DNA from: Thermoanaerobaculia bacterium | GTDB taxonomy: Bacteria > Acidobacteriota > Thermoanaerobaculia > Multivoradales > JAIOJS01 | NCBI GenBank assembly: GCA_963806095.1 | Contig: CAWDWV010000002.1 | Span: forward strand, 1,054,281 to 1,118,280 | Length of the DNA stretch: 64,000 bases | Direction of reading: 5' to 3' | Shown here: piece by piece, positions 41,263-52,546 of the stretch | How the letters are laid out: every line of letters begins with the position of its first letter | Position numbering within the stretch: position 1 is the stretch's first letter | The notes under the pieces: generated by a model | Told to the model about the DNA's origin: nothing | Databases searched by the model: none | What the model saw: the letters and a program-made list of their open reading frames with translations, nothing else | Program-made: the position numbers and the translations under genes

Positions 41263-42044
41263 CACCACCTGGATCGGCGCCGACAAGTCCGGCCCGCTCG
41301 CCGAGTCGATGAGGAAGCGCTGCCCGTCAGGCGACGCCACGTACGGCGAGGCCCCCCTCAGGATCGACCGCCGGATGCGCGTCGCGAACAGCTCGCGCGG
41401 CGTGCCGGCGTTGAAGGCGCCCGCGTTCGGCGTCACCGCAACCGCCATCAGCCGCAGGTCGGGCGCCAGGTAGTAGAGCTCGCGGCCGTCGCGCCGCCAC
41501 TGCGGCAGATGGCCGCCCGCCGTCGACACCTGCCACTTGGCGGCCGAGGGCGGCATCGTCTGCACGTAGACCTCGCTGCGCCCCGACTCGTCGGAGACGT
41601 AGGCGATGAAGCGGCCGTCGGGCGAGAAGCGCGGCTGCAGCTCGTCGGCGTCGCTCTGGAGCAGCACCCGCGGCGCGAGTTGCGGCAGCGCCAGCACCCA
41701 GACGTCGGACTTGGCGCGCGGGTCGCGGCGGGTGAAGGCGAGCAGCCGGCCGTCGCGCGACCAGTCCTCGGGGAAGTCCCACAGCTCCGAGCGCAGCAGC
41801 GCGGTCTCCTCGCCCGAGCCGTCGGTCGCCTGTTGGGGTGCGAGAGCGAGGAGATCGCCCGCGCCTCGCGCTCGAGGCGGCTGCGGCGGTCGGCGTCGGC
41901 GGCGAAGGCGCGCGGCAACACCTTGATCGCCACCGTGCGGTCCAGCCGCGTGTCGCGGGCGCGGTAGACCTCGCCCATGCCGCCGGCGCCGAGCAGCGCA
42001 TTGAGCTCGTAGGGCCCGAGCCGGGTCCCGTTCGGCAGGGTCAT
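41239..42044 (-). pseudogene. Remnant of a Ser/Thr kinase - PD40/TolB beta-propeller gene (kinase catalytic core missing)
   Basis: The N-terminal fragment has kinase subdomains I-III only ([22 protein letters not shown]...VAIKVL...SHPN). After a frame change at ~41810-41835 come PD40 repeats ([23 protein letters not shown]...). The HRD, DFG and APE motifs are absent. Confidence 0.5.
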
Positions 42045-42154
42045 GTGTTTGGAGCGGCGAGTATAGCGGTCGCCGCCGGCATGGCACTTTGCTTGCTCGT
42101 AGGAAAGCGCTGACGGGCAATGGAGCCCGTCACCTGACGAGAGGAGGGTGCCCC

Positions 42155-42709
42155 ATGCAGATGGACTCGCTTCAGAAGCTCTACGAGGAGCAGCTCAAGG
42201 ACCTGCACAGCACGGAGCGGCAGATCATCCAGGCGCTGCCGAAGATGATCAAGGCCGCCGAGGACGAGGAGCTGAGCGCGACGCTCGACGAGCACCTCGC
42301 GGTCACCAAGGAGCAGCTCGCCCGTCTCGATTCGATCTTCGAGAAGCTCGGCAAGCGCGGCACCGGCAAGAAGTGCAAGGGGATGGAAGGCATCCTCGAG
42401 GAAGGCAAGGAGCTGCTCGACAAGGACGCCGACGCCGACGTGCTCGACGCCGGCATCATCGCCGCGGCGCAACACGTCGAGCACTACGAGATCGCCGGCT
42501 ACGGCACGGTGGCCGCCTACGCGCGGCTTCTCGGCGACAAGGATGCCGAGAAGCTGCTCCGCCGGAGCCTCGACGAGGAGAAGGAGGCCGACGAGAAGCT
42601 CAGCAAGCTCGCCGAGCGGCGCCTCAACCTCGAGGCCGACGGCGGCGGCAGCCTGCTGTCGTCGGGCAAGGGCGGCAACGGCGGCAACCGGTTGGTGCGA
42701 GTGCAGTGA
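42155..42709 (+). CDS. DUF892/YciF-family ferritin-like stress protein
   Basis: Strong [46 protein letters not shown]...[12 protein letters not shown] matches YciE/YciF. Confidence 0.75.
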   Translation: MQMDSLQKLYEEQLKDLHSTERQIIQALPKMIKAAEDEELSATLDEHLAVTKEQLARLDSIFEKLGKRGTGKKCKGMEGILEEGKELLDKDADADVLDAGIIAAAQHVEHYEIAGYGTVAAYARLLGDKDAEKLLRRSLDEEKEADEKLSKLAERRLNLEADGGGSLLSSGKGGNGGNRLVRVQ

Positions 42710-42763
42710 GCTGCTGATCGCGACCGGCGTGGCGGCTCGCGCCGCGCCGGCGCGGCTGGCGCC

Positions 42764-43549
42764 TCAGCGTTTGGCCAGCGCCGTCCGCGCGGCCTCGCCC
42801 GCCGGCGTCAGCTCGAAGAGGTGCGACGGCGGCTTCGTCTCGTCGAGCGCGAGCAGCCGCACGCGGACGGGCGGGCGGCTGCCGACGAGGTCCTTGGCCA
42901 CGGTCACGGCCGGAATGGGCCGGGCGCCCGGGCGCCACTCGGACAGCTCGACCACGCGCGCCACGCGGCCGTTGGCGAGCCGGTAGTCGATGCGCACCGG
43001 CCGTCGCGTGCCTGCGCGCACGACGTAGGAGGCTCGCGGGTAGGGCAGGTCGACACGCTTGCTACGCAGGGCGAAGGTAACCAGCTCGGCGGAACCGGCG
43101 CCTTGTCGCGTCACGTCCTCGAGCGTGAAGTCGCGCGCGAAGCTCAGACCGACGAGCTCCTGCAGACTGATGCCGGCGGCGAGGCGGCTGGCGGTGCCGA
43201 GCTTGACCGGCCGCGCGCCGCGCGCGAGCAGCCAAGTGCCCTCGGGGCGCTGCAGGAACGCCTTGCCGTTCTGCTTGGGATCGAGGAAGCGCACCAGCGC
43301 CAGGTTGCCGTCGCGCCACACCTCGAAGCTCGCGGCGCCGGGGCCGGCGAGCGGCTCGACCCGTACCTCGGAGTGGAACGCCGCGGGCATCGCGCCGCCG
43401 AGGTCTGCGGCGGCCAGCAGCTCGCGATCGCCAGCGGTGGGCGGTGCGGCTGCCGCGGGCGCGACGAGCACGAGCGCTGCCAGGACGGCGGCGAGCGCCA
43501 GCGCGAGCCAGCGAAGCCCCAGGCGCAACGGACGGCGGTGGTCGCACAC
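42764..43549 (-). CDS. Secreted LolA-like / outer-membrane-lipoprotein-sorting-fold protein, co-oriented downstream of the ECF sigma. Hypothetical.
   Basis: GTG start with signal peptide (LRLGLRWLALALAAVLAALVLVAPAAAA). Beta-rich. The upstream part of the long six-frame ORF overlaps the sigma gene and is not coding. Confidence 0.45.
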   Translation of the reverse strand: MCDHRRPLRLGLRWLALALAAVLAALVLVAPAAAAPPTAGDRELLAAADLGGAMPAAFHSEVRVEPLAGPGAASFEVWRDGNLALVRFLDPKQNGKAFLQRPEGTWLLARGARPVKLGTASRLAAGISLQELVGLSFARDFTLEDVTRQGAGSAELVTFALRSKRVDLPYPRASYVVRAGTRRPVRIDYRLANGRVARVVELSEWRPGARPIPAVTVAKDLVGSRPPVRVRLLALDETKPPSHLFELTPAGEAARTALAKR

Positions 43550-43595
43550 GTACCAAACAACGTGGCGCCGCCGGCGGGGATTCCGCCCCCCCCGA

Positions 43596-44186
43596 TCAAC
43601 CGGGCTCGGGCGCGGCGTCGCCGCGAGCCAGCTCCTTCTGCAGGAACGCTCGCGCCGCCCGCGTGTCGCGCTTGACGGTGGGCTCGGAGACGCCGAGCAG
43701 CTCGGCGATCTCGGCCACTTCCAGGCCGCCGAAGAAGCGCAGCTCCACCACCTGGGCGAGCCTCTCGTCGAGCGCGGCGAGGCGTTGTAGCGAACGGTCG
43801 ATGTCGAGCAGCTGCTCGGCCTGGTCGTCGACGGCCAGCGGGCCGCCGGCCAGGGCGTCGACCGGCACGTGCTCGGCGCCGGCGCCGCGGCGGTCGGCAA
43901 GGCGCGCGCGGGCATGGTCGATCACGACCTGGCGCATCGCCCGCGCGGCGGTGGCGAAGAAGTGCTTGCGGTTCTCGAAGCTCATGGCCCTGCCGGCGAA
44001 GAGCTTGAGGTAGGCCTCGTGCACCAGCGCCCCGGTGTTGAGCGTGGCGCCTCGCCGGTGGCGGGCCAGCTCGGCGCGGGCGATACGCTGCAGGTCGGCA
44101 TAGACGATCTCCAGGGCCCGCGCCTGGCGTACCGGGTCGCTGTCGGCGCCGAGCGCCCGCGTCAGGTCGGTCTCGCTCTTGGCCAC
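43596..44186 (-). CDS. ECF-type RNA polymerase sigma factor (STK-associated ECF43-like subgroup suspected)
   Basis: Sigma-2 region (LVHEAYLKLF, FFATAARAMRQVVIDHAR). Sigma-4 HTH (VVELRFFGGLEVAEIAELLGVSEPTVKRDTRAARAFL). Confidence 0.85.
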   Translation of the reverse strand: MAKSETDLTRALGADSDPVRQARALEIVYADLQRIARAELARHRRGATLNTGALVHEAYLKLFAGRAMSFENRKHFFATAARAMRQVVIDHARARLADRRGAGAEHVPVDALAGGPLAVDDQAEQLLDIDRSLQRLAALDERLAQVVELRFFGGLEVAEIAELLGVSEPTVKRDTRAARAFLQKELARGDAAPEPG

Positions 44187-44306
44187 TCTGTTTGCCCATC
44201 CTAGTCCTGGAGCGCTCGCCGGTGAGCCGCGCCATCTCCGGATCGCGCGGATGCCCTACGTGGACGAGCGTCGCTGAAGGCGCCCCAAACCCGAAAGGAA
44301 CCCGCC

Positions 44307-44615
44307 ATGAAGAAGCTGATCGTCGGTACGGTGCTGGCACTCGCGGTCGCAACCTTCCTGCCCCGGGCGGCCTCGGCGGGGATCTGGGAAAACGGCGTCT
44401 GGGGCAACGGCATTTGGGAAAACGGCGTCTGGGGCAACGGCAACTGGTCCAACGGCATCTGGTCCAACGGCGCCAACCCCACCGCCATGAGCGATGGCGC
44501 TGTCCTCCAGGGCGGTCAGCGGCCGGCCGGTCCGCAGTGCACCGAGCGCGGCGTCGACTTCTCGGCGGTGCCGCTCGCCAAGGTGACCGTGAGGCTGCCG
44601 CAGCCGGCACGCTAA
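44307..44615 (+). CDS. Small secreted protein with a six-fold tandem W-x-N-G pentapeptide repeat
   Basis: The signal peptide MKKLIVGTVLALAVATFLPRAASA is followed by GIWENGVWGNGIWENGVWGNGNWSNGIWSNG. The underlying DNA is a 15-nt periodic repeat (ggcatttgggaaaacggcgtctggggcaac x2...). Confidence 0.55.
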   Translation: MKKLIVGTVLALAVATFLPRAASAGIWENGVWGNGIWENGVWGNGNWSNGIWSNGANPTAMSDGAVLQGGQRPAGPQCTERGVDFSAVPLAKVTVRLPQPAR

Positions 44616-44643
44616 GCCGGCGCCGTCGATCGGAGCGGCTGCC

Positions 44644-45465
44644 ATGCGCAACCGGGTGCGTTCCGCCGCGGCTCTCGCCCTGGTTGCTTCGCTGGCACTT
44701 TTCTCGGCATCCACTCCCGCGGCGGCTGAGGTCGCCGCTTCCGCGCTGGTGCCCGAGCTCGCCGTCGAGGGCACGGCGTTTGTCCTACGCCAGCCCGACG
44801 GCACCGAGCTGCGCGGCGCCCAGTTGGTCGGCGCCGAGCTCGACCTCGGCGAGGGCGTCACGGTGCGTATCGACGCGGTGCGCCGCGACCCCGGCGACAA
44901 GAGCGGCGAGACGCTGCTGCACGCGCTGTCCACGCGCGATGCCGACGGCGCCTGGGTGCCGCTCTGCGACCCCGACCGCGAGAGTAGGCGCGAGGGCTTC
45001 CCGATCCCCGGCCGCTGGGACGACGCCGGCCGTTACCACGCCGACGGCGGCCACTTCGCCCTCACTTGCACCAGCGGCGCCCAGGCGAAGTGCGTTCGCT
45101 TCGGCTACAAGCCGTGGAAGCCGGCGCCCGACGGCGCTTCGCTGGTGCCGCTCTACGAAGCGTGCGTCCACATGGTGCGCGCCGACTACTGCGGCGACGG
45201 CGTCGCGACGACGCGCGAGGGCACCCAGATCGACATCTACGACCGCCACGGCGTGCAGCGGCCCGAGTCGGGGCCGGAGCTCCGCTTCGAGGCGGGGTGG
45301 GCGCCCACCGGCGCCGTCTGCGTGGCGCACACGCGCATCCCCGACAACCTCACGCTCGAGCAGCTCGCAAAGAGCTGCCCGCGCCTCGCCGCGGCGCTGG
45401 GCGAACGCTGCACCGAGGAGACGGCGGCGAAGCTCGGCGCCGTGCTCTTCAACCGCTCGCGGTAG
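44644..45465 (+). CDS. Secreted Cys-rich protein with an ADYCGDG motif (ADYC-domain-like). Hypothetical.
   Basis: Signal peptide (AAALALVASLALFSASTPAAA). Several conserved Cys (LTCTSGAQAKCVRFGY...YEACVHMVRADYCGDG...VCVAH...KSCP...RCTEE). Confidence 0.55.
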   Translation: MRNRVRSAAALALVASLALFSASTPAAAEVAASALVPELAVEGTAFVLRQPDGTELRGAQLVGAELDLGEGVTVRIDAVRRDPGDKSGETLLHALSTRDADGAWVPLCDPDRESRREGFPIPGRWDDAGRYHADGGHFALTCTSGAQAKCVRFGYKPWKPAPDGASLVPLYEACVHMVRADYCGDGVATTREGTQIDIYDRHGVQRPESGPELRFEAGWAPTGAVCVAHTRIPDNLTLEQLAKSCPRLAAALGERCTEETAAKLGAVLFNRSR

Positions 45466-45483
45466 CATCGCTCCACCACCGTC

Positions 45484-48018
<2,535 letters not shown>

Positions 48019-48044
48019 GGGCACGGGCCGCAACGCAACGCAGC

Positions 48045-48123
48045 CGTCATCGCGAGCGAAGCGAAGCGATCTCGATGCTGCGAGATTCGAGATCGCTTCG
48101 TCGCCGCGCTCGTCGCGATGACG
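48045..48123. terminator. Long compound hairpin between convergent genes, likely a bidirectional terminator
   Basis: Inner perfect 13-bp stem GAAGCGATCTCGA/TCGAGATCGCTTC with an 11-nt loop. It nests inside an outer imperfect stem CGTCATCGCGAGCG...CGCTCGTCGCGATGACG. Confidence 0.4.
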
Positions 48124-48141
48124 GGACCTCGTCTTGCCGCC

Positions 48142-49382
48142 TCAGACCGAGGTGAGCGCCTCGGCCACTCGCAGCCGCGTCGCGCGAGCGATGGGCACCA
48201 CGGCGGCGAGCGTCAGCACCACCAGCATCAGCGCCACGCGTGCCGGCGAACGCCGCGGGCACCAGCGCCAGCTCGACGTCGATCGGCTCGACGGCGCCGG
48301 GCGGCGGCGGCATCTGCAGGTGCGAGGCGTTGATCGCCTAGCGTCACGCCCCACCCCAGCAGGCAGCCCAGCGCGCCACCGAGGAGGCCGAGCCACAGCG
48401 CCTCGAGCAGCACGATGGCGGCGAGCTGCGCGCGGCTGGTGCCGATGGCGCGCAGCGTGCCGAGCTCGCGCGTGCGCTCGAGCACGGCCATCAGCAAGGT
48501 GTTGGAGGCGCTGAGCACCACGAGCACCAGGATCACCGCGCCGAGGAACCAGAAGATCCCGAGGTAGAGGTTGCGCACCTGCTGGTAGAAGGGCGCCCGC
48601 GCCTGCCAGTCGACGACGGCGAGCGGCGGCCGGTGCGCGGCGACGGCGCGCTCGACGGCGCGCTTGCCGAGCTCGAGCGGCACGCCGTCGCGCAGCATCA
48701 CCAGCAGGTCGGAGACGCCGGCGCTCTGCAGCAGCCGCTGGGCCGTCGCCAGGTGGAGCTTGACGAAGCGGGTGTCGAGGTCCTGCACGCCGGTGGTGAG
48801 GACGCCCGCGACGCGCACGTCGAGGGCGTTGAGCGAGCCGTCGGGCGTCAGCGCCAGCAGGGTGACGACGTCGCCCGGGCGCACGCCGAGCGAGGCGGCG
48901 AGGCCGCGGGCGAGCAGCGCCGCGTCGTCGCCTTCGGCGGGCGCGGTCACGGGCAGCGCGCTCCCGGCCCGCAGTCGGGTGGTGAACCCCATCGCCCGCT
49001 CGCGCTCGGGCTCGACGCCCACCGCCACGAAGGAGGCGCTCTTGCCGGCCGGCGTCGACGCCACGCCCATCATCTGGACGTTGGCGCCGACCGCCGACAC
49101 CTGCGGCAGCGTCTGCAACCGCGCGCGCAGGTCCTGCCAGTCGGCCAGCGCGTCGCTGACCGGCCGGTCGAGTTGCCCCGCCGCCGCCACGGAGGCCTCC
49201 GCGACCTCGAGGTGGGCGAGGCCGCCGCGCACCAGCGCCCCTTCGAGGCCGCGGAAGTTGAAGAGGATGAAGCCGGCGGTGAGCACCAGCGCCGCGGTGC
49301 CGGTGGCGACGACCAGCAGCGAGATGAACGTCCGCCGCCCGTTGCGCGCCAGGTTGCGCAGCGCCATCAGCGCCCACCTCAT
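48142..49382 (-). CDS. ABC transporter permease, FtsX/LolE/MacB-like. Frameshifted near the 3' end (~48200-48330).
   Basis: [34 protein letters not shown]... then a large periplasmic loop. The C-terminal 4-TM bundle ([41 protein letters not shown]...) carries the FtsX signature. The C-terminus ...[31 protein letters not shown] is recovered in a third frame. Confidence 0.7.
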
Positions 49383-50086
49383 CGCTCGTCCCCCACCACC
49401 GCGCCGTCGCGCAGCCGCACCCGCCGCGGCAGCCGCGCCAGCACGGCCGGATCGTGGGTCGCCACCACCAGCGTGGCGCCGCTCTCGCGGTTCCAGCGCA
49501 GCAACAGGTCGAGCACCAGCTCGCCGTTGGCGGAGTCGAGGTTGCCGGTGGGCTCGTCGGCGAGCACCGCCAGCGGCTCGTGGACCAGCGCGCGCGCGAT
49601 CGCCACCCGCTGCCGCTCGCCGCCGGAGAGCTGGTCGGGGCGATGCGCGCCACGCTCGCCGAGCCCCACTGCCTCGAGCGCCGCCTCCGCCCGCCGCCGC
49701 CGCTCCTTCGCGCGCGTGCCGGCGATCCACAGCGGGTACTCGACGTTCTCGCGCGCCGTCAGCACCGGCACCAGGTTGAAGGTCTGGAAGACGAATCCGA
49801 GCTGGTGTCGGCGGATACGCGTCCGCTCGCCCTCGGAGAGCGCGCCGAGGTCGCGCCCGGCCAGTTGCACCGCGCCTTCGTCAGGCACGTCGAGCCCGCC
49901 GAAGAGGTTGAGCAGCGTCGTCTTGCCGCTCCCCGACGGCCCGGCGAGCGCCACCACCTCGCCGCGCCGCACTTCCAGGTCCACGCCGCGCAACGCCGGC
50001 ACCGGCACCTTGCCGAGCCGGTAGTGCTTGACGACGCCGCGCGCCGCGAAGAGTGGCTCCGCCGCGCCGTCGAAGCCCGCGGTCAT
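49379..50086 (-). CDS. ABC transporter ATP-binding protein (LolD/MacB-type)
   Basis: Walker [11 protein letters not shown]-loop. Signature [15 protein letters not shown]. Walker [15 protein letters not shown]-loop VATHD. Its start overlaps the amidase stop, and its stop overlaps the permease start. Confidence 0.85.
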   Translation of the reverse strand: MTAGFDGAAEPLFAARGVVKHYRLGKVPVPALRGVDLEVRRGEVVALAGPSGSGKTTLLNLFGGLDVPDEGAVQLAGRDLGALSEGERTRIRRHQLGFVFQTFNLVPVLTARENVEYPLWIAGTRAKERRRRAEAALEAVGLGERGAHRPDQLSGGERQRVAIARALVHEPLAVLADEPTGNLDSANGELVLDLLLRWNRESGATLVVATHDPAVLARLPRRVRLRDGAVVGDER

Positions 50087-51780
50087 GCGGGAGAGAGCGG
50101 CGCCGTGAGCAGGAACTTCGGCGGCCGCCTCGCCTTGGTCGCCTGCTCGAAGGCGTAGGCGAGCTCGAGCAGCGTCGGCTCGCTCCACGCCGGCCCCATG
50201 AAGGAGATGCCAAGCGGCAGCCCGACGCGACCAGCCGGCGGGGACGGTGACGTTGGGGTAGCCGGCGACGGCCGCCAGCGAGGAGCTGCCGCCCGTGCCG
50301 CTGTCACCGTTGACGAGGTCGATGAGCCAGGCGGGGCCGCCGCTGGGCGCCACGATGGCGTCGAGCTTGTGCTTGGCGAGCGCGGCGTCGAGCCCGTCCG
50401 TGCGCGCAGCCTTGCGGCACGTCGCGCGGGCGTCGAGGTACGTCTGCTCGGTGAGCGGCCCCTTCTTCTGCGCCGCGATGAACGATGTCCTGGCCGAAGT
50501 AGGGCAGCACCCGTGTCCTTGTGCGCGTCGTTGAAGGCGATCGCCTCCGCGAGCGACTTGACGGGCGCCGCCGGGCCGAGCTCCGCGAGATAGCGGTCGA
50601 GGTCGGCCTTGAACTCGTAGAGCAGCACCTCGAGCTCGGCGTCGCGCAGCTTGCTGGTGTCGAGCTCCACCGGGTCGACGATCTCGGCGCCGGCGTTCCT
50701 TCAGCGCCGCGAGCGCTTCGGTCGAGCACGGCGTCGACGCTGCGGGTTGTCCTCGAGCGAAGCGGGGCGGAAGACGCCGATGCGCGCGCCGCGCAGGCCG
50801 TCCGGGTCGAGGAACTGCGTGTAGTCGGGGTGCGCCTTGCCGCGCTCGCCGCGGTCGCCTCGTCGCGCGGGTCGACGCCGGCGAGCGCGCCGAGCAGCAC
50901 CGCCACGTCGGCCACCGTGCGCGCCATCGGACCGGCGGTGTCCTGGCTGTGGGCGATGGGGATGATGCCGGCGCGGCTCGACAGGCCGAGGGTGGGCTTG
51001 ATGCCGACGATGCCGCAGCGCGAGGCGGGGGAGACGATCGAGCCGTCGGTCTCGCGTGCCGACGCCGCGGCGCAGAGGTTGGCCGCGGCCGCCACCGCCG
51101 AGCCCGAGCTGGAGCCGGACGGGTTGCGGTCCAGCGCGTAGGGGTTGCGGCACTGGCCGCCACGGCTGCTCCAGCCGCTGGTCGAGCGGCGCGGAGCGGA
51201 AGTTGGCCCACTCGGAGAGGTTGGCCTTGCCGAGCAGCACGGCGCCCGCCTCCCGCAGCCGGGCGGCGATGAAGGCGTCGCGCGGCGGGATCGAGCCGGC
51301 GAGGGCCAGCGAGCCGGCGGTGGTGGTCATGCGGTCGTGCGTGCCGATGTTGTCCTTGAGCAGGATGGGGATGCCGTGCAGCGGCCCGCGCGGCCCCTTC
51401 TCGCGCCGCTCGCGTCGAGCGCCGTCGGCGACCGCGGGCGCGTCGGGATCGACCTCGATCACCGCCCGCAGCTGCGGCCCCTGCGTGTTGAGCGCGTCGA
51501 TGCGCGCCAGGTAGGCGGCGACCAGGGCGCCCGCCGTGAAGCGGCCGGAGACCATGCCCTCCTGCAGCTGGGCGATGGTGAGCTCCTCGAGCTCGAAGGG
51601 CGGCGCGGCGGGTGCCGTGACGGGCGCGTCGCTGGTGGCCGCGGCGGCGGTCTCGGCGGCGGCAGCCGACGCAGCGAGCCCGGCGCCGCCGAGCACCAGC
51701 GTGCCGCCGGCGACTCCGGCCTTGACGAAGTCCCGCCGCGAGAGCGCTTCCCGGTCGCCGTCCTTCGTCCTGGTCGTCAC
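50083..51780 (-). CDS. Amidase-signature (AS) family amidase with Tat signal. Three or more frameshifts.
   Basis: Tat motif SRRDFVKAGVAGG. AS-family motifs are spread over frames (GPLHGIPILLKDNI, KANLSEWANFRS | GGSSSGSAVAVAANLCAAASARETDGSIVSPAS...GIVGIKPTLG | ...LGISFMGPAWSEPTLLELAYAFEQ). Confidence 0.7.
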
Positions 51781-51832
51781 CGTGATCCCCCTTCCTGTCG
51801 TTCGGCCGGGTGGATCCTACGACGACTGACGA

Positions 51833-51862
51833 CGAGGGAGCGGCGCCATCGCCGCTCCCTCG
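51833..51862 (-). terminator. Perfect 13-bp-stem hairpin (CGAGGGAGCGGCG-CCAT-CGCCGCTCCCTCG) 50 nt downstream of the lipoprotein gene
   Basis: Inverted repeat directly visible. Positioned after the stop of the minus-strand gene ending at 51914. Confidence 0.45.
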
Positions 51863-51913
51863 TAATGCGCCCACCGTCGAGGCGCTCGCGGCGCCGGCCC
51901 TGGCGCGGGCGCC

Positions 51914-52546
51914 TCAGTTGTCGATCTCGGCCTTGATCGTCTGCGCCACGATCGAGCCGTCGGCCTGGCGGGCGCCGCGCCCCTCGACACGCGGGGCGCG
52001 GTTGGCCGCCACCGCGCCGGCGAGCGCCGGCAGCGTGCGCAGGTCGCCGCGGGCGCTCCACTGCGTCTGCGCGTTGACGACGACGTTGGTGCCGGTGGCG
52101 AGGACGATGACGTCTCCCCGCACGGCGAGGACGGTAGCCTCGAACTCCGTGCCGCCGCGTGGGGCGCGAGGCTGCTGCGGGTTGTCGTCGCCGCCGCGGC
52201 CGCGACGGCCGCGCCGCCGCTGGTTGTCGTTGTCGTCGTTGCCGCCGCGGCCGCCGTTGCGGCCCTGGTCGGCGGTGCCATCGTCGTTGCCGCCGCCGCC
52301 GCCACCTCCGTTGTCGTCGGCAGAACCAGTGTCGGAGCTACCATCGTCGTCGCCGCCGTGGCGTTTGGCGATGAGGTCGTCGCTAGCCACCGAGGCAGTC
52401 GCGCTGGAGGCCGGGAAGGACTTGGCAGCGGAGTCGAAGGCGATGGTGGGCTCGGTCGGGCTCGAAGATGCCGGGGAGCAGGCGCCGAGCGCGCCGGCGG
52501 CGAGGGCGAGGGAGGCGACGAGCAGTAGCGGTCGATGCTGATTCAT
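51914..52546 (-). CDS. Lipoprotein with Gly/Asp/Asn-rich low-complexity region and C-terminal beta domain (DUF5666-like). Hypothetical.
   Basis: Signal peptide and lipobox LVASLALAAGALGAC. GGDDDGSSDTGSADDNGGGGGGGNDDGTADQGRNGGRGGNDDNDNQ. Confidence 0.55.
   Translation of the reverse strand: MNQHRPLLLVASLALAAGALGACSPASSSPTEPTIAFDSAAKSFPASSATASVASDDLIAKRHGGDDDGSSDTGSADDNGGGGGGGNDDGTADQGRNGGRGGNDDNDNQRRRGRRGRGGDDNPQQPRAPRGGTEFEATVLAVRGDVIVLATGTNVVVNAQTQWSARGDLRTLPALAGAVAANRAPRVEGRGARQADGSIVAQTIKAEIDN

Noticed and set aside
44201-44488. 95-aa minus-strand ORF overlapping the WxNG-repeat gene
   Set aside because: It is antisense to a plus-strand ORF that has a signal peptide, an RBS-like purine tract and a repeat-encoded periodicity. 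The minus-strand translation is simply a mirror of the repeat.
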